From Thermoplasmata archaeon (lineage in GTDB: Archaea > Thermoplasmatota > Thermoplasmata > Thermoplasmatales > ARK-15), in the NCBI GenBank assembly GCA_039794005.1, contig JBAMMA010000017.1, forward strand, positions 114,490-178,489: a stretch of DNA of 64,000 nt, in the 5' to 3' direction. Under the pieces are notes generated by a model, which did no database searches, had not been told where the DNA came from, and saw only the letters and a program-made list of their open reading frames with translations. Each line of letters starts with the position of its first letter. Position 1 is the stretch's first letter. Below, one piece after another: positions 50,160 to 60,429 of the stretch. Made by a program: the position numbers and the translations under genes.

Positions 50160-50797
50160 ATCAATATATTTAATAATTTGGCCAAATCCTTTTCGTATAT
50201 TGTAAAATCGGCAAAATCCACAATTTTTTCAGTAAATGGATTGAAGGCAATCGAAATATCTGAATTTACAAACATGGGTATATCAACAATACCATCCCCT
50301 ACTGAAACAATTTTCTTAAATTTTATATTTTGAGAATAAATGAATGAAAGCATTGCAATATCTTTTCTATATGGATTTAAATTTAAAATTCCTCTGCCAG
50401 TTAATCTTCCATTCTTTTCATCTATTACGTTCGATATTTGATAATCCATACCCAATTTCTTCAGAATTAAACTAGCAAGTATATCCGGGCTACCTGTAAT
50501 TATAACCGTTATATAACCATTCTCTTTCAATTTTTTAATCGTATATTCTGCATTTTTCATTGTTGGAATATTTTCATATATTTTTTCAAGTTTTTTTCTA
50601 TTCAAATTTTTGTCTTTTTCAATCCAGAGTGAAATGTCCAATTCAACAAATTTTTCGTAATCTATTTTTCCACTGTTAAAAAGTTCGATATTTTTCGAAT
50701 TGTCAACCTTGTAAAATTTGTGTATGAAATACCAACCACTTCTGCAATCGGTCAAAACTCCATCCATGTCGAAGAATATCACTTTATCTCTTTCCAT
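50156..50797 (-). CDS. HAD-IB phosphatase (phosphoserine phosphatase-like)
   Basis: FDMDGVL, ITGS, VGDGIVD. Confidence 0.85.
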   Translation of the reverse strand: MERDKVIFFDMDGVLTDCRSGWYFIHKFYKVDNSKNIELFNSGKIDYEKFVELDISLWIEKDKNLNRKKLEKIYENIPTMKNAEYTIKKLKENGYITVIITGSPDILASLILKKLGMDYQISNVIDEKNGRLTGRGILNLNPYRKDIAMLSFIYSQNIKFKKIVSVGDGIVDIPMFVNSDISIAFNPFTEKIVDFADFTIYEKDLAKLLNILI

Positions 50798-50838
50798 TTT
50801 AATTTAAATTAATAGATCAAAAATAAAAATTTATCTTT

Positions 50839-51897
50839 TTAATAATGAAAAACCTTTTTGACATATCTTGATTCCATTAATTGTAATAGGCTTGGATAAA
50901 GGGGATAAAATGCAAGTCTATCACCCACCTTAATATCTCTTTTTATATTCCTTATATCCAATATCATGTGATCTCCAGAACCTCCCAAAATTTTAACATC
51001 TTCCAATGGTATCAACGCATCAAATTCCACATCATGTTTCCCCATTGCCAAAATTGCCCTTTTTATTAAGCCAATATTTTCAAACTTCGGTATTTTTCCA
51101 AATGCATCCCTTCCAATTTCTCCATCAGGTATCGTTGGCTTTTCATCAATTTCTATTATTTCACCCTCAACTACGAACGTATCCTGTCTCAAATAATCGA
51201 TCTTCCTATCATTTGTAGTGTCTCGACCTAAAGCTATTGCCTCACCTATTCTTAATTGATTTACCCCCTTTAAAAGACCCATTTCATAAAGTATTAGGGT
51301 ATCAGTTGCACCTCCACTCATTATATTTATATTAAATCCATGTTCTTCCAGCATTTTACCAATTTCTAAAAATTCTTCCAACTTTTTTACAGTAGGTTTT
51401 ACACCTCCATAACATCCTAGGTTCATTGCTATTCCTTCAACATTTAAATTTGGAAGTTTATATATTAAATTAAAAAATTCTAACAACCTCTCTTTTAATA
51501 CTCCTTCTCTTAAATCACCCATTTCAACCATAACAATAATCGAATATTTTTTATCAAAATTCCTTGCATATAATGATAATGATTTTGCAACATCATACTC
51601 AGTTATTATTGCACCATCCGAATATTTCACACTTAACTTAGATTCAGAAATCATGGGAGACCTTATCTGATATATCCTTTCCCTAATACCACCTTTTCTC
51701 AATCTGTAAATATTCTGAATCCTTGAATCTCCAAAAAGTGTTATCCCGGATTCTAAGAGTGTTTTTGCATAATATGGGTGGCCACTCATAACCTTCGTTA
51801 CACCCATAATCTCTATTTTATTCTTAGAAAGCCTGTTATAAAGTTCAGTAGAATTAAACTTAATCTTATCTAAAAAAATATGTAAAAGGGGATACAT
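50839..51897 (-). CDS. Alanine/ornithine racemase-family PLP enzyme (fold type III)
   Basis: MYP..I.LDKI.FN, GVTKV (PLP Lys), GDSRIQN, MVEMGDLREG, SGG, LRIGE, GGSGDH. Confidence 0.85.
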   Translation of the reverse strand: MYPLLHIFLDKIKFNSTELYNRLSKNKIEIMGVTKVMSGHPYYAKTLLESGITLFGDSRIQNIYRLRKGGIRERIYQIRSPMISESKLSVKYSDGAIITEYDVAKSLSLYARNFDKKYSIIVMVEMGDLREGVLKERLLEFFNLIYKLPNLNVEGIAMNLGCYGGVKPTVKKLEEFLEIGKMLEEHGFNINIMSGGATDTLILYEMGLLKGVNQLRIGEAIALGRDTTNDRKIDYLRQDTFVVEGEIIEIDEKPTIPDGEIGRDAFGKIPKFENIGLIKRAILAMGKHDVEFDALIPLEDVKILGGSGDHMILDIRNIKRDIKVGDRLAFYPLYPSLLQLMESRYVKKVFHY

Positions 51898-51902
51898 TAT
51901 TT

Positions 51903-53243
51903 TTAAATAATTTCCTTGATACTCTTTTCAATTATTGATATTGCTGTATTGATCTCCTCATTTCCTATTATGAGAGGAGGCCTGAATCTTATACCCTTTT
52001 CACCCGTCTTTAATACTAGTAGGCCATTTTTATATAATGTTCCAAACAGTTTGTCCCTTGTGTTTGTATCCTTGAGGTCAAATGCATCCATAAGTCCTCT
52101 TCCCCTAACATTGTTCATTAAGGATGGATATTTTTCCTGAACTTCCCACAATGCCTTGACAAAAACATCTCCCATCTTTGCGGCATTGTCTACCAATTTT
52201 TCTTCATGAATTATTTCTAATACCTTTGTACTTTTTACCATATCCACAAGGTTTCCTCCCCATGTGGAATTAATCCTGCTAGAAACCTTGAAAACGTTAT
52301 CTTCAATATCATCCACCTTTGGCCCTACCATTATGCCACATACCTGAGTCTTCTTTCCAAACGCTATGATATCTGGAATGACATCAAAGTGTTGGTGAGC
52401 CCACCATTTTCCAGTTATTCCTAGTCCACTTTGAACCTCATCAACGATGAACATTATATCCCATTTCCTTGTTATCCTTTCAATTTCTTTCAAATATTCT
52501 TTCCTGAAATGGTTATCTCCACCTTCACCCTGAATTGGTTCCATGATAAATGCTGCTATATCATCCGGATTTTCTTTAAGTGCATTCTCTATCTCCTCAA
52601 GACTCCTTTTCTCCAATTCCTGCACTTTTTTAAGATTTTCTTCATTTAGTGGGAACGTAATTTTTGGATTCGTCACTCTAGGCCAGTTAAATTTGGGGAA
52701 ATATTTTGTCTTGTTTGGATCAAAAGTGTTTGTCAAAGACAAAGTATATCCAGATCTACCGTGAAAAGCCTCCTTTAAATGTATTACCTTGAATCCTTTT
52801 TCCTCTTTATACCCCTTTTTAAAATTTTTTCTTACTTTCCAGTCAAAGGCAGTTTTAAGTGCATTTTCTACTGCCAAAGCTCCACCATCTATAAAGAAGA
52901 AATATTTCATGTAATCTGGTGTCGCATATCTGGACAAGGCATCTACAAATTCTGCCATTTCAACAGTATATACATCGCTATTTGTAGGTTTATTTATCGC
53001 GGCATAGTGCACTTTTTTTAAGAATTCTGGGTCAAACATCTTTGGATGATTCATACCTACAGCATTTGTTGCAAAGAATCCAAAGAAGTCTAAAAATTTT
53101 CTATCATACCTGGAATCGTATATCCATGCTCCTTTGCTCCTTTCAAGGTCCAAAACCATATCAAATCCATCTGTCAATATTCTTCTCGATAAAACCTCAT
53201 GAACTTCTTTTGGAGTGATCATATCTGATGATAAGTCAATCAT
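51903..53243 (-). CDS. lat: L-lysine 6-aminotransferase
   Basis: FLDFFGFFAT, NKPTNSDVY, GALAVENALK, AFHGRSGY, EPIQGEGGDNH, DEVQ, FGKK, STWGG. Confidence 0.88.
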   Translation of the reverse strand: MIDLSSDMITPKEVHEVLSRRILTDGFDMVLDLERSKGAWIYDSRYDRKFLDFFGFFATNAVGMNHPKMFDPEFLKKVHYAAINKPTNSDVYTVEMAEFVDALSRYATPDYMKYFFFIDGGALAVENALKTAFDWKVRKNFKKGYKEEKGFKVIHLKEAFHGRSGYTLSLTNTFDPNKTKYFPKFNWPRVTNPKITFPLNEENLKKVQELEKRSLEEIENALKENPDDIAAFIMEPIQGEGGDNHFRKEYLKEIERITRKWDIMFIVDEVQSGLGITGKWWAHQHFDVIPDIIAFGKKTQVCGIMVGPKVDDIEDNVFKVSSRINSTWGGNLVDMVKSTKVLEIIHEEKLVDNAAKMGDVFVKALWEVQEKYPSLMNNVRGRGLMDAFDLKDTNTRDKLFGTLYKNGLLVLKTGEKGIRFRPPLIIGNEEINTAISIIEKSIKEII

Positions 53244-53849
53244 AAATAAAAAAATTTTTAATTTTAATTTTTCAATAATTACCAGAAAGGTTATCCAATA
53301 TGTTAATCAATTTCAAAATAAATTATTATAGAATATGTATATGGATCCAAACCATGATAATACAGATCTTTGAATTTCTATTTAAAATTCATAGGAATAT
53401 GGTAAGATGAATTAAAGGATAAAACATTATCATTATCTCAATTGATAATAATTTCTAACATATTCAAATCAAATATATTATTTTCCATATATATTATATA
53501 ATTTTAAAATTTAAATTAGGAATTTTTTTGTAAGCATGATATCCATGATTGTGGAAATGCTATAAATATAATATTTTCATTTTTTAGCAGTATTACATAA
53601 TTTTTATATGATATGTCAAATAAAATATTATAATTACAGGATCAATTTTTATTTTATATTTTTGACATTTTATAAAAATTAGATTTTCAAGTCCATAATA
53701 TGATAATATTCCAACGATTTATCATTTATTTACCAAATATTCATTTATATTAAATCTTGATTTTTTACCTCCATTTTCAGTATATTTATTAACAATTTAT
53801 TGTTCTATTATTCATTATAAAAGGAAGTAAAAAATGAAATATAAAAATT

Positions 53850-54722
53850 TCAATAATTTCCATTCAAATTATTTATCAAGGTGTTTGCAACATTTTGGTC
53901 CTGGAAATAGCAATATCCATGATATGTGTAATTCACAATAGTAATTGTGTGCAGGGCATGGAAAACATATTGATAATTGTGATATATGTCTGTGGCTGAC
54001 TGAACTGTGACTACACCATCATTCTGCATACCATGGAATAAAATCTTTGCCCACCAGGGTGTGCAATCTCCTGCATATGTCATAATTACAGTGTTTGGAT
54101 AATTATTTATTATATTTTGTTCATTGCTCTGAAGATTCATGATGAATTGTGACCCCGGCGACATTTCTTTAATCTGATATCCATAATTATCCAATAGCCC
54201 AAATTCTTGTAAATATGATACTACCTTAGCGTATGGAGTTCCTCCAAATGGAGTTCCAATGAAAATTACATTTTCCAGGTTTGCTGAAATTAAGTAATTT
54301 TCTAGCATGTATGCCACTACAAGACCTCCCATACTATAGCCAACAATATCTAGATTTATATTTCCATATATGCTTGTTAGATTATTAATACCAAGATATA
54401 GTTGATATGAAATATTTTCTATTGGAGTATTATTTGTTCCATAAAAGCTGTTGTTTGTTATTTGTAGTCCATTGCTAAGATTTATTACAAATGGCCCAAG
54501 GTAGAAAGACACAATTCCCACTGTAAATCCAGCATTAACTAACTGTTGGTATATATTAACCCCCATCATCCATTGCCCATTTCCTGGGTCATTAAAACCA
54601 TTTACAAGTAGAACAAAAGTTGGATTATTAACATCTGCAAAAGTTGCACTTGGCATTAGTGATAAAACAATCATCGATATGCCTACCAATATAACTATTC
54701 CAATTACTATCTTTCCTGCCAT
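53850..54722 (-). CDS. Exported alpha/beta hydrolase (lipase/esterase-like)
   Basis: Signal peptide, GYSMGG nucleophile elbow, GTPFGGT, NDGVV, late His. Confidence 0.8.
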   Translation of the reverse strand: MAGKIVIGIVILVGISMIVLSLMPSATFADVNNPTFVLLVNGFNDPGNGQWMMGVNIYQQLVNAGFTVGIVSFYLGPFVINLSNGLQITNNSFYGTNNTPIENISYQLYLGINNLTSIYGNINLDIVGYSMGGLVVAYMLENYLISANLENVIFIGTPFGGTPYAKVVSYLQEFGLLDNYGYQIKEMSPGSQFIMNLQSNEQNIINNYPNTVIMTYAGDCTPWWAKILFHGMQNDGVVTVQSATDIYHNYQYVFHALHTITIVNYTYHGYCYFQDQNVANTLINNLNGNY

Positions 54723-54866
54723 CGAACCGTATATTAATTAATCCTTTATAAAATTTTCTAAAATATTCAAATTAATTTAGAATTTTTTTAAAAAATTTAA
54801 GGAAATTAATTACACAATTGGGTAAAATTTATTAATGTTTAAAAAATAATACCCTCAGGATCAAAT

Positions 54867-55259
54867 ATGAGAATTTGTATTGCAACATCTGGTCCTGGTG
54901 GAATGAATGATTATGTTAGCCCGGTTTTTGGTAGGTGTCCAACATTTACTATTGTTGATGTTGAAGGTACACAAATAAAAAATGTAAAGGTGATCCAAAA
55001 TCCAGGATACTATTCATCAAGCGGTGCAGGTGTTTTGGCCGCTCAGGAAATTGTTAATGAAGGATGTAATGTATTAATATCTGGATCGGTAGGACCAAAT
55101 TCATATCAGGTATTGAGCATGGGTCATGTTGATATGAGGTCATGTTCACCTGTGACTGTTAAAGATGCTATAAATGCATTTTTGGAAGGAAGGTTGCCAA
55201 TTTCTGTTCCTACCCCAGGCGGAAGGCACGGTATGGGAAGAAGGTTTGGCCAATGGTAG
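54867..55259 (+). CDS. NifB/NifX (FeMo-cofactor-binding) family protein
   Basis: VSPVFGRCPTF, GAGVLAA, GSVGP, Gly/Arg-rich tail. Confidence 0.88.
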   Translation: MRICIATSGPGGMNDYVSPVFGRCPTFTIVDVEGTQIKNVKVIQNPGYYSSSGAGVLAAQEIVNEGCNVLISGSVGPNSYQVLSMGHVDMRSCSPVTVKDAINAFLEGRLPISVPTPGGRHGMGRRFGQW

Positions 55260-55263
55260 CATT

Positions 55264-56103
55264 ATGATAATTGGAGTAACTGGCGGTAAAGGTGGTACAG
55301 GAAAAAGCACTTTTGCTGTAAACATATCTACAATATTATCCAGGAAATACAAGGTAAAATTGATTGATGCAGATGTTGAATGCCCAAATGACCATATACT
55401 TTTGTCTAGAGAATTAAAAAATGAGAAGAGGGAACATGTATTCATACCTTCTTTCAATTATCAAAAATGTATCAAATGCGGTCTTTGTCAAAAAAATTGT
55501 GGTGAAAATGCAATTGTAATGTTCAAGAACGGTTATCCGTTCCTTTTACCCAATTTATGCTCTTCTTGTAAAACGTGTTATTTAATTTGTCCAACGGATG
55601 CCATAGAAAACGGTAAAAAAATCATAGGATCAACATTCATAACAGAGATCAATAATAATCTTGTATTAATAACTGGAATGCTAGATCCAGGACAGGAAAG
55701 ATCATATCCAATGGTATTGAGAACTTTGGAAAGATCAAATGAAATAGAATCAGAAATTACAATAATAGATACATCTGCAGGAACTGGAAATCATGTAGCC
55801 GCATCTTTAATGGATGCAGATTTTGTTTTCATAGTTACAGAACAAACACCTTTAGGTCTACACGATTTGATGATGATTGAAAAGCTTCTAGAAAAAATGG
55901 AAAAAAAATATTATGTTATCGTAAACAGATATGGAATATCGGATATAAAAATTGAAGATAAAGTTGTAGGAAATATACCATTTGACAGTAGGATTGCTGA
56001 AAGCTATTACAAGGGAATCCCTGCAGTTGATTTGTTTAAGGATACAGAAATTGAAAGTTATTTTTCCAAGCCTTTAGAGGTAATAGGAATATGGCAGAAA
56101 TAG
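55264..56103 (+). CDS. MinD-like P-loop ATPase with ferredoxin insert
   Basis: GGKGGTGKS, DADVECPN, CIKCGLC..C and CSSCKTC..CP, DTSAGTG. ATG 55264 preferred to track start 55174. Confidence 0.88.
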   Translation: MIIGVTGGKGGTGKSTFAVNISTILSRKYKVKLIDADVECPNDHILLSRELKNEKREHVFIPSFNYQKCIKCGLCQKNCGENAIVMFKNGYPFLLPNLCSSCKTCYLICPTDAIENGKKIIGSTFITEINNNLVLITGMLDPGQERSYPMVLRTLERSNEIESEITIIDTSAGTGNHVAASLMDADFVFIVTEQTPLGLHDLMMIEKLLEKMEKKYYVIVNRYGISDIKIEDKVVGNIPFDSRIAESYYKGIPAVDLFKDTEIESYFSKPLEVIGIWQK

Positions 56104-56966
56104 TTGTCGCAAGCGGAAAAGGAGGAGTTGGTAAATCCACAGTACTATCATCATTGGCTATATTTTTCAAAGAAAAGAATAACGCAATAGTAGATGGGGA
56201 TGCAGAGGCTCCAAATTTACATTTATTGTTTGATGTTGAATGGTTGGAAGATAGAGAGTACAAGGGTAAAAGTATAGCCGTTGTTAATCATGATAAATGC
56301 AATTTATGCGGTAAATGTGTTGAAGTTTGTGAATATAAAGCTATAAAGCTGGAAAAAAATAGAATAAAAATTCTAGATTATATTTGTGAAGGTTGCCGTG
56401 CATGTGTGGTTACATGTCCTGAAAAAGCAATAGAGATTAAAAATGAAATCTATTCTGGCAGGATAAGAATTGGTAGAACAGAATATGGTCCTTTCATATC
56501 TCCTGAATTAGAACCCGGTCAATCAAACAGTGGAAAGCTCGTCACAGAGGAAAAAAATATTGCAAGATCTTGGAAAGAAAAGGGTATAAAAAATATACTG
56601 GTGGATTCTGCCGCTGGTATAGGTTGTCAGGTAATAGCATCAATGGGAGGAGCAAATTATGCAATTTTAGTCGTTGAACCAACCAAATCAAGTTTCTCGG
56701 ATATGTTAAGAGCCTACGATCTTTCTTACCATTTCAGAATTAAGAGTTTTATAATAATAAACAAATATGACATAAATCCAGGATTTGATTTGATAGAAAA
56801 ATTTTCAAGGGAAGAAGGTATTGAAATAATAGGCAAAATTCCATACGATAAAAATATCCCAATATCAATGGCAAGAAACATGCCAATATTTTTATATGAT
56901 CCAAACTCACCTTCAGTAAAAGCAATGAAAGACTTTTTCCCATCAATATCAAACATATTCGAATAA
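56091..56966 (+). CDS. MinD-like P-loop ATPase with ferredoxin insert (paralog)
   Basis: SGKGGVGKS, DAEAPNL, CNLCGKC..C and CEGCRAC..CP, SGKLV, DSAAGIGC. Confidence 0.9.
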   Translation: MAEIVVASGKGGVGKSTVLSSLAIFFKEKNNAIVDGDAEAPNLHLLFDVEWLEDREYKGKSIAVVNHDKCNLCGKCVEVCEYKAIKLEKNRIKILDYICEGCRACVVTCPEKAIEIKNEIYSGRIRIGRTEYGPFISPELEPGQSNSGKLVTEEKNIARSWKEKGIKNILVDSAAGIGCQVIASMGGANYAILVVEPTKSSFSDMLRAYDLSYHFRIKSFIIINKYDINPGFDLIEKFSREEGIEIIGKIPYDKNIPISMARNMPIFLYDPNSPSVKAMKDFFPSISNIFE

Positions 56967-57023
56967 TAAAACAGAGTTAAAAATAAAGTAAAATTAAAAT
57001 CGATTAAACATTTTATCCAATTT

Positions 57024-57932
57024 ATGGGAAATGAAAATTTGAAAGTATGGCTAGATGGTAAAATCATTAATTATAATGATGCAAAAGTTTCAATTTTAAC
57101 GCATTCTTTGCAATATGGTTCAGGCATTTTTGAAGGCATAAGGGCATATATGGGAGAGCACGGTGTTTTAATATTTAGGTTAAGGGATCATATATTAAGA
57201 TTTTTGAATACAGCCAGGATATATTACATGAATTTAAATTACACATTACAGGAGCTTGAGATGGCTGTAATAGATACTGTAAAGGCAAACGGGAAAAACG
57301 ATTTTTACATAAGGCCATTCGCATTTTACAACGACGATAATATAGGTTTATCACCATTTAAAAAGAAGATTTCAGTATTTATAGCAGCGGTTCCATTCAA
57401 AGAGTATTTGAGTGAAAAGAACGGTGTTAGAGTTAAAATATCTTCATGGAGGAGAATGAATTCAAATATTCTTCCAATAAAGGCAAAGGCCAGCGGTAAT
57501 TATTTGAATTCAATAATTGCTCACATGGAAGTAAAGGTAGCGGGATATGATGAAGCAATTATACTGGATGAGCATGGGTATGTGGCGGAGGGACCCGGAG
57601 AAAATATATTCATTATTAAAGATAATACATTAATAACGCCGGGTGATGAATCCAACATTTTGCAGGGAATTACAAGAGATACAATAATCAAAATCTCCAG
57701 CGATTTAGGTCTATCTGTGAAGGAAAGAATGATTCACAGGGAGGAATTATACACAGCAGATGAATTATTTTTCACAGGCACAGCTGCAGAAATATCGCCA
57801 ATAGTAGAAGTCGATAATATAAAAATAAACGATGGTAAGATTGGTGAAAATACCAAAAAGATCAAGGAAATGTACATGGAAATTGTTAGGGGAAGAATAT
57901 CTAAGTATAAGGATTGGTTGATAGAGGTATGA
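57024..57932 (+). CDS. ilvE: Branched-chain amino acid aminotransferase
   Basis: HSLQYGSGIFEGIRAY, KAKASGNY, EGPGENIF, LQGITR, GTAAEI. Confidence 0.95.
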   Translation: MGNENLKVWLDGKIINYNDAKVSILTHSLQYGSGIFEGIRAYMGEHGVLIFRLRDHILRFLNTARIYYMNLNYTLQELEMAVIDTVKANGKNDFYIRPFAFYNDDNIGLSPFKKKISVFIAAVPFKEYLSEKNGVRVKISSWRRMNSNILPIKAKASGNYLNSIIAHMEVKVAGYDEAIILDEHGYVAEGPGENIFIIKDNTLITPGDESNILQGITRDTIIKISSDLGLSVKERMIHREELYTADELFFTGTAAEISPIVEVDNIKINDGKIGENTKKIKEMYMEIVRGRISKYKDWLIEV

Positions 57933-59275
57933 ATTACGTAATTATAGGCCTGGGAACCGCTGGGGTTTATGCAACAAGATATATTTCCTCTATTGATAGG
58001 GAATCAAATATTATAATAATTGAAAAAAATAAATATGAATCATATTCTCCATGTGGTATTCCATTTATAATAGAAAAGGGAGAAAATTTGGATTTGCTAA
58101 AACATCCATTCCCAAGGACAAAGAGAATTAATGTATATATAAATCATGAAGCTAAGGAGATAGACATTATCAACAAAAAGGTAATCTTTGAAGATTTAAA
58201 TTCGAAGGAAATAAAAGAAGTTCAGTATGATAAATTGCTTTTTTCAACCGGCGCAGAACCTTTTATACCACCAATCAAAAACGCATCGGATTATCTCAAT
58301 AAAGGTGTTTTTGTAATCAAAAGGCTGGAAGATGCTGAAAATCTAACGAATTACATAAAGAAAAATGAAGTTAAAAATATTGTTATCGTAGGTGCAGGAC
58401 CTATTGGTCTAGAAATGGCATATTCAATGAAGAGTTTTGGCCTAAATGTAAATGTTTTTGAAATGCTGAATCAAGTATTCCCAAAATCCCTGGACCCAGA
58501 TATGGCTGAAGAAGTACAAAAATTCATGACCGAAAATGGAATAAAGATAAATCTCTCATCTCCGGTTGATGAAATTGTAGTAGATGGAAAAAAGGTAGTT
58601 GGAATAAAATCTAAAAACAATTTTTATCCTGGAGATGTAGTAATTTTAAGCGTTGGTTTTAAGCCAAACACAGAACTTTTAAAGAATAAAGTAGAAATGG
58701 AAAAGAATTTCATAATTGTGGATGATCATATGAGAACATCAAATTCTGACATTTACGCGGCTGGAGATAACGTAATGATAAAGAATTTGATAAACAACGA
58801 AAAGACAGTTTTTCAGATTGCCACAGTTGCAGCAAAACAGGGAATGGTGGCAGGAATAAATATGGCAGGTAAGGAGGCAATATATTCAGGAACAACATTT
58901 ACATTTGTTTCAAAGATTGGTTCTTTGGAAGTCGCATCAACCGGATTGACAGAATCAGAAGCATCAAAGAAAAGCAAGGTTTATTCTGCAAGGGCTAAAG
59001 GATTAAACAGGCCTAAATATACTGGTGGAACTGAGATTATCATGAAAATTATATGTGATGAAAGTGGTAAAATTTTAGGAGCCCAGGCCATAGGGGATCA
59101 GGCATCACAAAAGATAAATGTTATCTCTATGGCATTAAGGAAAAATTCCAATATTATGGACATATTAGCAAATGAAATGGCATATTGCCCTGAAGTATCT
59201 GAACTGTATGATATAACTAACATGGCCGCAGATCTCCTTTTGAAAAAATTAAATATACAGAAATTTATAATATAA
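57929..59275 (+). CDS. NADH oxidase / CoA-disulfide reductase family flavoprotein
   Basis: GLGTAG, YSPCGIP (redox Cys), GAGPIGLE, YAAGD, AYCP; ATG 57929 overlaps the ilvE stop. Confidence 0.88.
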   Translation: MNYVIIGLGTAGVYATRYISSIDRESNIIIIEKNKYESYSPCGIPFIIEKGENLDLLKHPFPRTKRINVYINHEAKEIDIINKKVIFEDLNSKEIKEVQYDKLLFSTGAEPFIPPIKNASDYLNKGVFVIKRLEDAENLTNYIKKNEVKNIVIVGAGPIGLEMAYSMKSFGLNVNVFEMLNQVFPKSLDPDMAEEVQKFMTENGIKINLSSPVDEIVVDGKKVVGIKSKNNFYPGDVVILSVGFKPNTELLKNKVEMEKNFIIVDDHMRTSNSDIYAAGDNVMIKNLINNEKTVFQIATVAAKQGMVAGINMAGKEAIYSGTTFTFVSKIGSLEVASTGLTESEASKKSKVYSARAKGLNRPKYTGGTEIIMKIICDESGKILGAQAIGDQASQKINVISMALRKNSNIMDILANEMAYCPEVSELYDITNMAADLLLKKLNIQKFII

Positions 59276-59382
59276 TTAGGAATTTAAAACATTTTTTAAT
59301 TTTTCACATATTTTTTTGATAATTTTCCAACTAATGTAATGTTTGATAAAATTATTATAAAGTAATTTTAATAGGTATAGTA

Positions 59383-60429
59383 ATGTCAAATTTATTGTGG
59401 ACATTTATCATCGTTTTTATTTTAATTTGGGTAGTATTATTCATTTTAATAAAATTAATAAAAAATAGGGAGAAGGAGGAGATTGAAAAAAATTTGGAGG
59501 AGGAGGCAATGAACAAAATAAAAACGATGGAAGGAATGGTTAATGAAATAAAGAATCTCAGTTTAGAATATATCTCCTTGGAAAATATGTTAAACAAGGC
59601 AAGGAATAAGCTAGAGGTAGAAAGTTATCAAGATGTATTTGACATTTACAACGATTTTCTAATCTCGTACAGGAGAATCAGGGAGTCCGGTAATGTTGTA
59701 TTTCAAGAAAAAGGGGAAACAAAAGAGGAAGATAAGAAAAAGGTATTGGAGGAATTACCTAAAGATTATCTACCTGCTAAATTCTGGTTAAGCAAAGCGG
59801 AAGAGGCAATAAAAAACATGGATGAAAATACAAAGAATGAGGCGATGAAATATCTATCTTTAGCAAAATATTATTTTGATTCTAAGGAATATACAGAATC
59901 AATAAAATATTCGAATAAGATTGTTAGGATTTTTGAAACAAAAAAGGAAGAAAAGATAGAATTTGAAAGGTCAAAAGAGGGAATGGAAGAATATTACATG
60001 CCATCAAAGTTTTTGATAGAAAAGATAGAGAGCAATTTAGATAAAATACACGGAAGAAAAGAGATTGAGGAACACCTGAAAAAGGCGAAAGAATACTTTG
60101 ACCAAGGATATTACAGGGATGCCATGATAGAAGCTAGAAAGGCAGAAGAGAACTTTGAAGAATTCATTAAATTGAAAAAGGAAGTAAAGGTGGAGGAGAA
60201 AAAGGAAGAAGAGATCGTTTTAGACAAATATTATTTGCCTTCAAAATATTGGATATCCAAAGCCGAAAAGGATTTATTATTGCTTCCAGAGGAATATAGG
60301 CAAAATTTTGAAAGCAAATTGAATGTGGCAAAAAATTCCTTTAAAGATAAAAATTATTTTGATGCAATGAAAATATCTATAGAAGTGGACAGAGAGATTC
60401 AATTAATGCTTGAGAGCATCCAATCTTAA
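59383..60429 (+). CDS. Membrane-anchored protein with three internal helical repeats
   Basis: N-terminal TM; repeats YLPAKFW, YMPSKFL, YLPSKYW spaced 76 and 79 aa. Confidence 0.75.
   Translation: MSNLLWTFIIVFILIWVVLFILIKLIKNREKEEIEKNLEEEAMNKIKTMEGMVNEIKNLSLEYISLENMLNKARNKLEVESYQDVFDIYNDFLISYRRIRESGNVVFQEKGETKEEDKKKVLEELPKDYLPAKFWLSKAEEAIKNMDENTKNEAMKYLSLAKYYFDSKEYTESIKYSNKIVRIFETKKEEKIEFERSKEGMEEYYMPSKFLIEKIESNLDKIHGRKEIEEHLKKAKEYFDQGYYRDAMIEARKAEENFEEFIKLKKEVKVEEKKEEEIVLDKYYLPSKYWISKAEKDLLLLPEEYRQNFESKLNVAKNSFKDKNYFDAMKISIEVDREIQLMLESIQS

Noticed and set aside
53613-53668. Imperfect inverted repeat ATGTCAAA...TTTGACAT
   Set aside because: Only 8 bp of perfect arm in AT-rich spacer; cannot be told from chance or assigned as MITE or operator.
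20448-56103. Genome-wide TAG recoding as the explanation for the amber at 15179
   Set aside because: TAG ends several complete genes at plausible C-termini (alaXM 20450, AGT-EndoV 34632, 37085, 55259, 56103), and no pyl genes are in the window. Not supported here, though not excluded without the full genome.
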